Shown here in pieces: positions 15,297-23,608 of a stretch of DNA of 64,000 nt. The position numbers and the translations under genes are program-made. Every line of letters starts with the position of its first letter. Positions within the stretch are counted from its first letter, which is position 1. Source of the DNA: a virus (taxonomy: Duplodnaviria > Heunggongvirae > Uroviricota > Caudoviricetes); the IMG/VR virus record IMGVR_UViG_3300021387_000074; one strand, 5' to 3'. The notes below the pieces were generated by a model that searched no databases, was not told where the DNA came from, and saw nothing but the letters and a program-made list of their open reading frames with translations.

Positions 15297-17119
15297 TATT
15301 TACCCTCCAAAAAGGCCGCCAATTTTCCCTTTGCTCTGTTAATACTTGCTTCAAACTGTTTCAACTCTTCTTCACCATTTACTTCTCTAAAATCGCTTAT
15401 TGTATCTTCTAACTCCTTTTGGTCATCAAGAGCTTGTGTTTTACCAGTATAAGTAGTATTGTTTATTTTTTCTATCACATTGTTGATTTTGTTTCTGTCA
15501 ACTTTAGTAATTTTAGAACTACCCTTTGGATTAATTCTTCCCTCAAGCTGTTTCAATAATTCCTTTTCTTCTCCAGAAAGTTTCTTTCCTTTTGCGTCCT
15601 TTTTGATTTTATCTCTTTCTATTTCAAGATCTCTTATTGAGTTATAATCTTTTGACAAAGCCTCTTTTAGTCTTTCTCCAAAATCTTCAGAAGAGTCATT
15701 AGAACTTTGTCCTTTTGATATTTCACCAACACCTTTGAACATTGCTCCAGGATTTCTTAGCTCTTTAACTGTTAAGAAATTATTAAACAGTCTGTACTTT
15801 CTGCACAGAGCAATATCTTCTTCTGACATGACGCTTTTAAGCTTTCTTTCAAGCTGCTTAAGCAATCTATCCATTTCTTTTTCAGCTTGTATAATTTTCT
15901 CAGACTTAGCAAAATACTTTGTTTCTCCGAAATCTTCTGGTTTAATTTTTAAATACCAGTCGTCTATATTTCCAGAATATTCTTTTCCAGTTGATTTTCT
16001 TCCCCAAATCTTCTTTTCGAAGCTGTTTAGTTCAACGCTTCCTTTTAAAGAGATGAAGTTATTATACTTTTCTTCGTAAATTTTTTTAGCTGCTGCTATC
16101 GCATCGCCAAGAACTTTATCGTAAAATTTAATATAATCCTTATTTAAAGAACTACCTCTAATCTTCTTTATTTCTTCGCGTCTTAAAGCGTATAAAGCAA
16201 AAGCATCTTTGAATGAGCCGTGGTGATTACTATCTTCTGTCTTTTCACCTTTTGCGTAGCTATAACCTCTTTCTTGAAGATTTTTCAAATATAACTCAAG
16301 GTGTGCTCTTGAAAGATGTCCTGCTTTATAAGAATTCTTTCTACCAGTAACTCTGACTGCGTCTCCTTCAGCACGGTTTTCATCCTTTAAAAGATTAAGA
16401 GTTTTTTCTATTTCTGTAGAAGTTTTTTCAAGTTCTACGTCTGTCCAACCGCCAAGGTTCTTTCTTCCAAGACCAGCTTCGTCTAATATTTTTTCTATAT
16501 TAGCGGCACTTAAATCTATAAGTTTTCCATTTTTAAAATTATTGTATTTTTCTTCAGCGTCTTCCAAAGCTTCTCTGGCTTCTATTTGCTTTTTATTAAG
16601 ATCGTCATGATCTTTAAAATATGAACCTTTCTTTTCAATCTTTTTTCTTCCAGACTCTCTATATTTGAAGTAATCTTCTTTTGTCATTCCAAGAACTTCT
16701 TTGTTAGAAAGCATTCTATTTTTAGACACACTTCTCTTAATTATAGAATATGGAACCATTACATTCTGTCTGAATTTAGAAATTTCATTCACCATTTCAG
16801 CACCATATTTTCTATAAATTTGTGCCATTATCTTCTTTTGCTCTTTTGTTAAAGCATAAACTGTATCGTCGTCTTTATTTCCAGAACGGCCAATCGTTTT
16901 TGCCTTGATTTTTTCAGCGGCGGCCGATATATTACCAACGGCAGAACTGACTGGGTGAGAAATTTTTTCCATTTTAGTGCTTAATTTATCTACTACATTA
17001 TCCTTAAAAGCAAGGGCGGCAACTACTGGGCTAACACTAAAAATACCCTCTTCTATAACAACAATGTCGTCTATCTCTGCTTCATAAAGATTTTTATTGA
17101 TTATATCTTCTAACTTCAT
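15296..17119 (-). CDS. Hypothetical basic protein, possible head protein
   Basis: 607 aa, Lys-rich; acidic N-terminus ending VIEEG; late motif 3 nt before the ATG. Confidence 0.7.
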   Translation of the reverse strand: MKLEDIINKNLYEAEIDDIVVIEEGIFSVSPVVAALAFKDNVVDKLSTKMEKISHPVSSAVGNISAAAEKIKAKTIGRSGNKDDDTVYALTKEQKKIMAQIYRKYGAEMVNEISKFRQNVMVPYSIIKRSVSKNRMLSNKEVLGMTKEDYFKYRESGRKKIEKKGSYFKDHDDLNKKQIEAREALEDAEEKYNNFKNGKLIDLSAANIEKILDEAGLGRKNLGGWTDVELEKTSTEIEKTLNLLKDENRAEGDAVRVTGRKNSYKAGHLSRAHLELYLKNLQERGYSYAKGEKTEDSNHHGSFKDAFALYALRREEIKKIRGSSLNKDYIKFYDKVLGDAIAAAKKIYEEKYNNFISLKGSVELNSFEKKIWGRKSTGKEYSGNIDDWYLKIKPEDFGETKYFAKSEKIIQAEKEMDRLLKQLERKLKSVMSEEDIALCRKYRLFNNFLTVKELRNPGAMFKGVGEISKGQSSNDSSEDFGERLKEALSKDYNSIRDLEIERDKIKKDAKGKKLSGEEKELLKQLEGRINPKGSSKITKVDRNKINNVIEKINNTTYTGKTQALDDQKELEDTISDFREVNGEEELKQFEASINRAKGKLAAFLEGK

Positions 17120-17122
17120 ACT

Positions 17123-17130
17123 ATTAACTT
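17123..17130 (-). promoter_or_regulatory. Putative late promoter AAGTTAAT (leaderless)
   Basis: AAGTTAAT-AGT-ATG, no SD. Confidence 0.65.
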
Positions 17131-17137
17131 TCTAAAT

Positions 17138-17163
17138 AAAAAACCGCTTAGTTTCCTAAGCGG
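17138..17163 (-). terminator. Intrinsic terminator
   Basis: CCGCTTAG-GAAA-CTAAGCGG-T6 on the minus strand. Confidence 0.85.
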
Positions 17164-17220
17164 CCAGAAAGAAAGAAAAGATGAAAAGTTGTGCATTGCG
17201 CACATATATATCTTTCTTAT

Positions 17221-17252
17221 AAAAAATAAACCCCTCTATTTAAGAGAGGTTT
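17221..17252 (-). terminator. Terminator after DHH gene
   Basis: AAACCTCTCT/AGAGGGGTTT stem plus T-rich tail on the minus strand. Confidence 0.7.
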
Positions 17253-17259
17253 TAAGTCA

Positions 17260-19134
17260 TTATTTACTTTTATGATCGAAATCTTCATCAGAAGTTTGAA
17301 GTGCTTTTAAATCTTCTGGCGATACTGGGTAAAGTTTGTTTGTCCAATAAACAGCAGAATTCATTGCTTTCTTCATTGTGTTCTTTCTGATTTCTTCGTA
17401 CTTCTCAAGCTCTGGAGCTTTGTCGTTTAATACTTTGTTAACAATTTCAGAGTTAGAGCCTTTCTTCTCTTTAAGTTTTTTTGCTAACCAGTATTTGTCA
17501 TCTGTTACTTTAGAAGGCGGAGTAATTTTGTTAAATCCTTGGAACGACCAAATACCACCACTATGTCCACCATTCTTCTCTTTCATTTCGTCAATAACAA
17601 TCTTGATTTTCATATCATTAACGCCCTGAGATTTTAGGTATGTAGCAACATCTTGTAAAACATGTTCGTTAACTTCTGCAAAATTAACCTTACCTTTGTA
17701 AAGTGTAGATTTAGCAATCTGGAAGAATGTTCCCCAGTATCTCATAGAGAAAGGCATTCTTTGTCCATTTTCAGAGAACAAAGTTGTAGCATATCTAGTA
17801 TACTGAGTTTTAGGATCTTTACCGTTGAAAATAGCAAAGTTGTTATGAGCAATTACTTTACCTTTCTTGTCTTTAATTTCATCTCTAATGGCTTTAGCTT
17901 CTGCAGAACGTTTGCCCTTAATTTCTTCAAGTCTCTTTTCGTCTGCTTCTGTCTTATAACCAGATTTCATATTTTCAACATCTTTTGCGTTCTTTTTTCT
18001 CCAATCATCCAAACTCATAATTGGCGATGTTGGATTTCCACGTCTATCATATCTTTTATTAAGTTCTCCTGGGATTTCTGAAAGCAATTGTTTTGCTTTT
18101 TCTACTTCACCATTCTTTAAAGCAGAAACGTACTGCAACCTTTTGCCATTATAATTTGCTGCTTTTAAAGTATTTGTGTATAAAGAAACTAAACTTGGCT
18201 GCGAATTTTTAATAATCCAAGCTGCTGCATTTCTGTCTTTTTTACAAAGGTTATCATAGATACAAGCAACAATAGTTGCAAGATTCTTTTGTCTGTCTGG
18301 GCCAGTAAAATGTTTCTCCAAGAATACTGTATTCTTTAATTGAGCTTCTGTATAACCAGCGGAGTCAACCATTGAAATTGCTTTTAAGTCTGCCTGAGAC
18401 CAAAGACCAGGCGTGTATTTATTAGCAAAAAATTCTGCTTCTGATTTTGCTCCAGTTGCAATTTCTCCAGTTTTTCCACCAGACAAAGCGCCCTGCTCAT
18501 TTGAGTGGTGATCTGATAAGAACTGTGGATTTACAATTGGGAAAGAAAGCTCTTGTATGTTCTGCATTGTTGCTGGAGTAAAACCAGTAAAGTTCTTGTT
18601 TTTTGCAGCATATGCTTTTAATTCATTATAAGCTTTAAAAGCATCCAATAATTTCTTCAGGCTTCCGCTTGTAAATTTTCCAACTGGAACCTTGTAAGTG
18701 TCTATAATTTCTTTATCGAACTTTTCCTGAGAGTATGCTGTCCAATCACGCTGTAATAAATTTAACAACGCACGCGAATCACCCTTGAAATTAAACAAGG
18801 TATTCCAAACCTTAAATGGCTTTATTTTTGGCAATTTAGCAAAGTCGGTAACACCAACATACTGTCCTGGCTTACTCTGTCTAAATTTCTCAGTATGCAA
18901 ATCTTTCTCTTTATCATCATCTCCATACTGTGCGAATTCAACTGTAATTCTTTCTTTTGGTATACCCTGCTTAATAAGCTGCTGAACCATAGAAATTCCA
19001 GAAGTTACACCATCAAGGTCAACGTGGCAAACTACCTTTGCAGAAGTTGTTCCATGTGGAAGGTGCAAGCTTTCACTAATTATTTTATTACTAAAAATGT
19101 GATCAAAATTATTCAATAAATTTTCTGTTAGCAT
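17260..19134 (-). CDS. DHH-family phosphoesterase with DHHA1-like C-terminus
   Basis: HVDLDGVTSG (motif I), VTDF (II), SDHH (III), GGHSG; start reassigned to Met60 of the track ORF (19134), right after a late motif. Confidence 0.8.
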   Translation of the reverse strand: MLTENLLNNFDHIFSNKIISESLHLPHGTTSAKVVCHVDLDGVTSGISMVQQLIKQGIPKERITVEFAQYGDDDKEKDLHTEKFRQSKPGQYVGVTDFAKLPKIKPFKVWNTLFNFKGDSRALLNLLQRDWTAYSQEKFDKEIIDTYKVPVGKFTSGSLKKLLDAFKAYNELKAYAAKNKNFTGFTPATMQNIQELSFPIVNPQFLSDHHSNEQGALSGGKTGEIATGAKSEAEFFANKYTPGLWSQADLKAISMVDSAGYTEAQLKNTVFLEKHFTGPDRQKNLATIVACIYDNLCKKDRNAAAWIIKNSQPSLVSLYTNTLKAANYNGKRLQYVSALKNGEVEKAKQLLSEIPGELNKRYDRRGNPTSPIMSLDDWRKKNAKDVENMKSGYKTEADEKRLEEIKGKRSAEAKAIRDEIKDKKGKVIAHNNFAIFNGKDPKTQYTRYATTLFSENGQRMPFSMRYWGTFFQIAKSTLYKGKVNFAEVNEHVLQDVATYLKSQGVNDMKIKIVIDEMKEKNGGHSGGIWSFQGFNKITPPSKVTDDKYWLAKKLKEKKGSNSEIVNKVLNDKAPELEKYEEIRKNTMKKAMNSAVYWTNKLYPVSPEDLKALQTSDEDFDHKSK

Positions 19135-19137
19135 ATA

Positions 19138-19145
19138 ATTAACTT
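19138..19145 (-). promoter_or_regulatory. Putative late promoter AAGTTAAT (leaderless)
   Basis: AAGTTAAT-TAT-ATG, no SD. Confidence 0.65.
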
Positions 19146-19163
19146 TTACTTTTAATAACTTCA

Positions 19164-19317
19164 ACCGAGTGGACATTCTTGTCCACTCGGTAAAAATAAG
19201 AAAAATCTTATGAATATTTATGCAATAAAGTATATTAATTATTGCATATTTATACAACTTTTTGCATACCGAGTGGACAAATTTGTCGTGAGTCACGACA
19301 CAGATGTCCACTATGCA
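19164..19317. repeat. Non-coding element of nested inverted and direct repeats
   Basis: ACCGAGTGGACA at 19164 and 19268, inverse at 19180, TGTCCACT at 19305; TATGCAATAA/TTATTGCATA; TGTCGTGA-G-TCACGACA. Confidence 0.85.
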
Positions 19318-19343
19318 TAATACTAAGTAACAAGTAGGAAATT

Positions 19344-19367
19344 AAAAAAGACTGCAAAAGCAGTCTT
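19344..19367 (-). terminator. Intrinsic terminator
   Basis: AAGACTGC/GCAGTCTT stem with T run on the minus strand. Confidence 0.75.
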
Positions 19368-19372
19368 ATAAT

Positions 19373-19693
19373 TTATTTATAGAAAAACTTATCAATTATT
19401 TCAAGAACTTCTTTCAAATCAGTAGTTATTGTAGTATGATTTTCTATCCTTACGTAGTAAGTATTTCCGAAACAATAAACGATTGGATAAAAAGAAGAAA
19501 AACGATGTCCAACAAGAATCATTGGAGTATCCAACTGACTAAGAGACATACAAACTTTTAATTTATAACATTTGTCAATCGTATCTATGAAATTATTATA
19601 AGAATTTTGAGTATCGTTGTTTTTTAAAATTGCAGAAATTTTTCCTTTTTTAAGGTTTATTTCTACAATCTTTTTTACTGTTATTCTGTCCAT
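19373..19693 (-). CDS. Hypothetical protein
   Basis: 106-aa ORF preceded by motif variant AAGATAAA-TTAT-ATG and followed by a terminator. Confidence 0.65.
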   Translation of the reverse strand: MDRITVKKIVEINLKKGKISAILKNNDTQNSYNNFIDTIDKCYKLKVCMSLSQLDTPMILVGHRFSSFYPIVYCFGNTYYVRIENHTTITTDLKEVLEIIDKFFYK

Positions 19694-19761
19694 ATAATTT
19701 ATCTTAAGTTAGTCATAAAATTGATAAAATTCAAAATGAAGCAACTTTAAAGCAAATAAGA

Positions 19762-19789
19762 TTGACAAAAAAAGTCACGGTGGTAATAT
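19762..19789 (+). promoter_or_regulatory. Sigma70 promoter of nrdDG
   Basis: TTGACA-N16-TAATAT with TG extended -10. Confidence 0.7.
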
Positions 19790-19805
19790 ACACTATATCT
19801 AGTGT
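19790..19805 (+). promoter_or_regulatory. NrdR box
   Basis: ACACTATATCTAGTGT matches the palindromic acaCwAtATaTwGtgt consensus, upstream of nrdD; weaker copy at 19832-19847. Confidence 0.8.
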
Positions 19806-19820
19806 TTTATTATTTTAGAT

Positions 19821-19828
19821 AAGTTAAT
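19821..19828 (+). promoter_or_regulatory. Putative late promoter AAGTTAAT
   Basis: Exact motif 21 nt before the nrdD ATG. Confidence 0.55.
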
Positions 19829-19849
19829 ATTCCACTAGATAGAGGTTAT

Positions 19850-22384
19850 ATGAAAGTAATTAAAAGAGATGACAGAAGAGAAGAGTTTGATGAAGCAACC
19901 ATCTTCAAAGCAATCAAAAAAGCAAACAACAGTAAAGAATATCCTGTTGAAAAAGAGAAAAGGATTACGGACGACCAGATAATGGAAGTCGTAAAATGGG
20001 TAGTAAAAAAGATGCCAAAAGCTGTTGATGAAATTTCTGTAGAAGAAATTCAAGACTTGGTAGAAGACGGCTTGGTTCACAAAAATCACACAGAAGTGGT
20101 TCGTTCTTTCATTAAATACCGTGAAGAAAGAGCAAAGAAAAGATTCAAAAAATTTGCTGTAATTCAAGCAATGGAAGACAAATATTCTGGAAAGACTTGG
20201 GATAAGCAGAATGCAAACATTGATGGTTTGAGTTATGACGGTAAGGCTGGTGAAGCACACGGATTGCTTGACAAAGAGCTTGCACTTGACTATATGATCA
20301 CCGAAAAATTTGCAAAAAATCACAGAGATATGCTTGTTTATATCCACGATTTGGATAATTATAAAAAGGGAAAACCAAATTGTTTAAGCTTTCCAGCTGA
20401 TGATTATCGAGACCACGGAATGACAATTAAGATTCCAAAAGATATTCGTAGAGCAGGTTCTGTATCAACTGAATCTCAGTTATCACTTGTTGAACTTCAG
20501 TCGCAGTCAATGCCACAGTTCGGCGGTGTATCTTTAACACACTGGGATTTCACACTTGCTCCACTTGCAAATAAAGACTATTATAAATTCTATAAAAAGA
20601 ACTATGAAAGACTCACAGAAAAAGAATTGGATTATTCTTTCCAACCTTATTTATCTATAGATGATCCAGACTATGCAGCTTGCAATGCGAAAGCAGCTAA
20701 GTATGCAATGGAAGATTTGGAACAAGAAGTGCATCAAGCAATGGAAGGATTCTTGCACAATGCAAATACACTTCAGTCTAGAAGTGGAAATCAGCTTCCG
20801 TTTACTTCTGTAAATTATGGAACTGATACTTCTGCAGCAGGAAGACTTGTAACAACACAGTTGTTAAAGGCTTGGGAAGAAGGAATTGGAGAACTTGGTT
20901 TGTCTCCTATATTTCCTTGTGGTATTTTCCAATATAAGAAAGGAATTAATGATAAGCCTGGAACACCAAACTATGATCTTAAACAGAAAGCAATCTCTGT
21001 TCTTCCAAAGAGAGATTATCCAAACTTTGCAAACTGTGATTGGTCAGTTCAGAGAAAAGCATTTGAAAAATCTCAGGCAATCAAAGAGAAAGTTCTTTTA
21101 AGCCTTGACGAAAAAGATTTATACGAGTTGACAGGACTTGGCTCTGCAGTAACAAAGCAGCTCGGTTTCGTAGTTGATTTTGATGAAGGTGATTCTTACA
21201 AAATTACAATGAATGATACAGAACAGCCTTATGAAATGATGTCAACTATGGGTTGTAGAACTTATAATGGTTTTGATATAAACTTCACAGAAGACTACTT
21301 CAGAGAAGTAATCAGAAGAACTATCAACGACAAAACACCTCCAAGAGATATGCTTTGGTCAGGAATTCAGAAAGACGGACGTGGAAACATTGCCCCAGCT
21401 ACTGTAATTCTTCCAATGATTGCAATGAAAGCAAAACAGAAGGCTAAGGATAAGCCAGAGTATATAGTAGATTACTTCTTGGATTTACTTGAAAAGTATA
21501 TCGGTGATGCAAAAGATGAATTAATAGAAAGATTTAATTGGATTGCAGCACAGGGCCCTGAGTCTTCAACATTTGTATATGGAAACTGCACAATGAAAGG
21601 TTATGTTCCAGAAGAAGGAATTGTTTCCGCTTTGAAGCATGGAACACTTGCTATTGGACAGCTTGGTTTGGCTGAAACTCTTGAAATCCTTGTTGGATGT
21701 GATCAGTGTGATCCTAAAGGAATGGAAGTAGCAAAGAGAATCGAACAAAAATTCGTTGATAAATGTAATGAGTATAAAGAGCATTATAAGTTGAACTTTG
21801 GTGTTTACTACACACCAGCAGAGAATCTTTGTTTTACTGCTTTCAAAGCTTTCAAGAAGAAGTATGGTGATGTTGAAAATGTTACTTACTTTATAAATGA
21901 TAATGGTGAAAGAGTAGAAAAGTTGTTCTTTACAAACTCTATTCATGTTCCAGTATACAAGAAGATTTCACCTTTTGATAAGATTGATATCGAAAGTCAG
22001 CTGACTGGTTATTCTTCAGCAGGTTGTATTACTTATGTTGAAATTGGTGACGATGTAAAGCACAACCTTAAAGCAATTGAACAGATTATCGACTATGCTA
22101 TGAGTAAGGATATTCCTTACTTTGCATTAAACTTCCAGATTAACGAATGTACAAACTGTGGTAATACAGATAACCTTTCAGAAGATGTTGGCGTATGTCC
22201 AATTTGTGGAAGTCGCGATATAAACTGGCTTAGAAGAATCACTGGTTATTTAAACGGAAACTATCATACAAGTTTCAACGAAGGTAAACAGAGAGAAGTT
22301 GAGCTTAGACAAATACACACTAAATTTAAGAATATTAAGTTTGGTTGCAACTCTAACGTTGAATTGGAGAAATACGGAGTATAA
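19850..22384 (+). CDS. nrdD: Anaerobic ribonucleoside-triphosphate reductase (class III)
   Basis: N-terminal ATP cone (VIKRD), YIHDLD, NCL, MGCRT, GRGNI, YYTPAENLC, two CXXC, RRITGYL glycyl-radical motif. Confidence 0.97.
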   Translation: MKVIKRDDRREEFDEATIFKAIKKANNSKEYPVEKEKRITDDQIMEVVKWVVKKMPKAVDEISVEEIQDLVEDGLVHKNHTEVVRSFIKYREERAKKRFKKFAVIQAMEDKYSGKTWDKQNANIDGLSYDGKAGEAHGLLDKELALDYMITEKFAKNHRDMLVYIHDLDNYKKGKPNCLSFPADDYRDHGMTIKIPKDIRRAGSVSTESQLSLVELQSQSMPQFGGVSLTHWDFTLAPLANKDYYKFYKKNYERLTEKELDYSFQPYLSIDDPDYAACNAKAAKYAMEDLEQEVHQAMEGFLHNANTLQSRSGNQLPFTSVNYGTDTSAAGRLVTTQLLKAWEEGIGELGLSPIFPCGIFQYKKGINDKPGTPNYDLKQKAISVLPKRDYPNFANCDWSVQRKAFEKSQAIKEKVLLSLDEKDLYELTGLGSAVTKQLGFVVDFDEGDSYKITMNDTEQPYEMMSTMGCRTYNGFDINFTEDYFREVIRRTINDKTPPRDMLWSGIQKDGRGNIAPATVILPMIAMKAKQKAKDKPEYIVDYFLDLLEKYIGDAKDELIERFNWIAAQGPESSTFVYGNCTMKGYVPEEGIVSALKHGTLAIGQLGLAETLEILVGCDQCDPKGMEVAKRIEQKFVDKCNEYKEHYKLNFGVYYTPAENLCFTAFKAFKKKYGDVENVTYFINDNGERVEKLFFTNSIHVPVYKKISPFDKIDIESQLTGYSSAGCITYVEIGDDVKHNLKAIEQIIDYAMSKDIPYFALNFQINECTNCGNTDNLSEDVGVCPICGSRDINWLRRITGYLNGNYHTSFNEGKQREVELRQIHTKFKNIKFGCNSNVELEKYGV

Positions 22385-22387
22385 AGA

Positions 22388-22891
22388 ATGAGAATTGCTG
22401 GAATTATAGATGATGATATAGTAGACAGCGATGATGGCGTAGCAGTGAGCTTGTGGACAGTTGGCTGTCCACATCACTGTAAAGGCTGTCATAATCAAAA
22501 TCTTTGGGATTATGATGCTGGACAAGATATACCAATTAAAATGGTTATAGATGAATTAAAAGAAAAGATTAACAAGAATGGAGTTATGAGAAATCTTTCT
22601 ATTCTTGGTGGTGAACCTTTGGATCCACAGAATGTAAAAGACGTGGATAAAGTTCTTAAAGAAATTAGAGCGACTTATCCAAATATAAAGATATATCTTT
22701 GGACTGGCTATACATTCGAAGAACTTGAAAAAAGAGAAGATGTACGCGGCGCTTTAAGAAATGTAGATGTTTTAATAGAAGGAAGGTTTGTTGAAGAACT
22801 TAGGCAAGATTTACCATTGCGTGGCTCTTCAAATCAGAGAGTCTATGTTCGTGGAAAAGATTTAAAATTTTATACAGCCAGCAACGGCTAA
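22388..22891 (+). CDS. nrdG: Anaerobic RNR activating enzyme
   Basis: GCPHHCKGCHN (CX3CX2C), LGGEP, WTGY, RGSSNQR. Confidence 0.96.
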   Translation: MRIAGIIDDDIVDSDDGVAVSLWTVGCPHHCKGCHNQNLWDYDAGQDIPIKMVIDELKEKINKNGVMRNLSILGGEPLDPQNVKDVDKVLKEIRATYPNIKIYLWTGYTFEELEKREDVRGALRNVDVLIEGRFVEELRQDLPLRGSSNQRVYVRGKDLKFYTASNG

Positions 22892-22914
22892 AAAACCTTG
22901 GTTAAAATAGCCAA

Positions 22915-22953
22915 CTAATAGTTACATTAAAGATAATTTAGTGTAACTATTAG
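22915..22953 (+). promoter_or_regulatory. Hairpin abutting the RBS with late motif AAGATAAT in its loop
   Basis: CTAATAGTTACATTAAA / TTTAGTGTAACTATTAG (17 bp, one G-U); right arm runs into SD TAGGAGG. Confidence 0.7.
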
Positions 22954-22962
22954 GAGGAAAAT

Positions 22963-23529
22963 ATGGGATTAAAAATTTCAGATAGCAGATCTTTTAAATT
23001 GGAACCAATGAGAAAGAATCGTTTCTTATTCCAATTCTCTTCTGTTCCTGGAAATCAAACAGGTTTGGAAGAAGGACTTGCTTTCGTTGCTAAATCCGCT
23101 TCAGTTCCTACAATAAGCTTTGAAAAGACAACTACTAAACGTATTCATGAAGGTTTTAATACAGCTGGTATGGTTTCTTGGAACGACCTTAATGTAGTAT
23201 TCAATGATTTTATCAGAAATGAAAGTCAGTCAAGTAACGAAGTAGCAGCAGGCGATGCAATGTATAACTGGTGTTCTATGATTTACAATCCATTAACTGG
23301 ACAGATGGGTTATAAAACACAGTATGCAACATCTGCAACAGAAGCTCAGTTTGACCCAGCAGGAAATATCATCCGCGCTTGGAACATTTTTGGTATTTTC
23401 CCTACTTCTGTAGACTTTGGTGGAACTCTTTCTTATGATGATGCTGGAGCAACAGAAATCACTTGTACTTACGCTTATGATCTTGCTATTAAAGTAGAAG
23501 ATTCTAAGACAGCTAGTGAATCAGCTTAA
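22963..23529 (+). CDS. Tail tube protein (T4 gp19-like)
   Basis: EPMRKNRF, AKSASVP, AGMVSWNDLNVVF, WNIFGIFPTSVDFG-LSYD pattern; 188 aa. Confidence 0.88.
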   Translation: MGLKISDSRSFKLEPMRKNRFLFQFSSVPGNQTGLEEGLAFVAKSASVPTISFEKTTTKRIHEGFNTAGMVSWNDLNVVFNDFIRNESQSSNEVAAGDAMYNWCSMIYNPLTGQMGYKTQYATSATEAQFDPAGNIIRAWNIFGIFPTSVDFGGTLSYDDAGATEITCTYAYDLAIKVEDSKTASESA

Positions 23530-23549
23530 TGGTTTAAAAAACTATTGTC

Positions 23550-23580
23550 AAAAGGCTACCTATAATGGTAGCCTTTTTTT
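23550..23580 (+). terminator. Intrinsic terminator
   Basis: AAAAGGCTACC-N6-GGTAGCCTTTTTTT. Confidence 0.9.
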
Positions 23581-23584
23581 ATTT

Positions 23585-23592
23585 AAGTTAAT
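23585..23592 (+). promoter_or_regulatory. Putative late promoter AAGTTAAT
   Basis: Exact motif directly after a terminator, before the 23609 ATG. Confidence 0.7.
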
Positions 23593-23608
23593 ATAAAAGG
23601 TAGATTAG

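Noticed and set aside
19135-19311. 59-aa N-terminal extension of the DHH ORF in the ORF track
   Set aside because: It runs through a palindromic repeat element, and a late motif sits directly before Met60
19164-19317. Mini CRISPR array
   Set aside because: Repeats are only 8-12 bp, alternate in orientation and lack regular spacers
19850-22384. Intein or intron in nrdD
   Set aside because: Continuous ORF of normal overall size with no splicing or homing-endonuclease motifs
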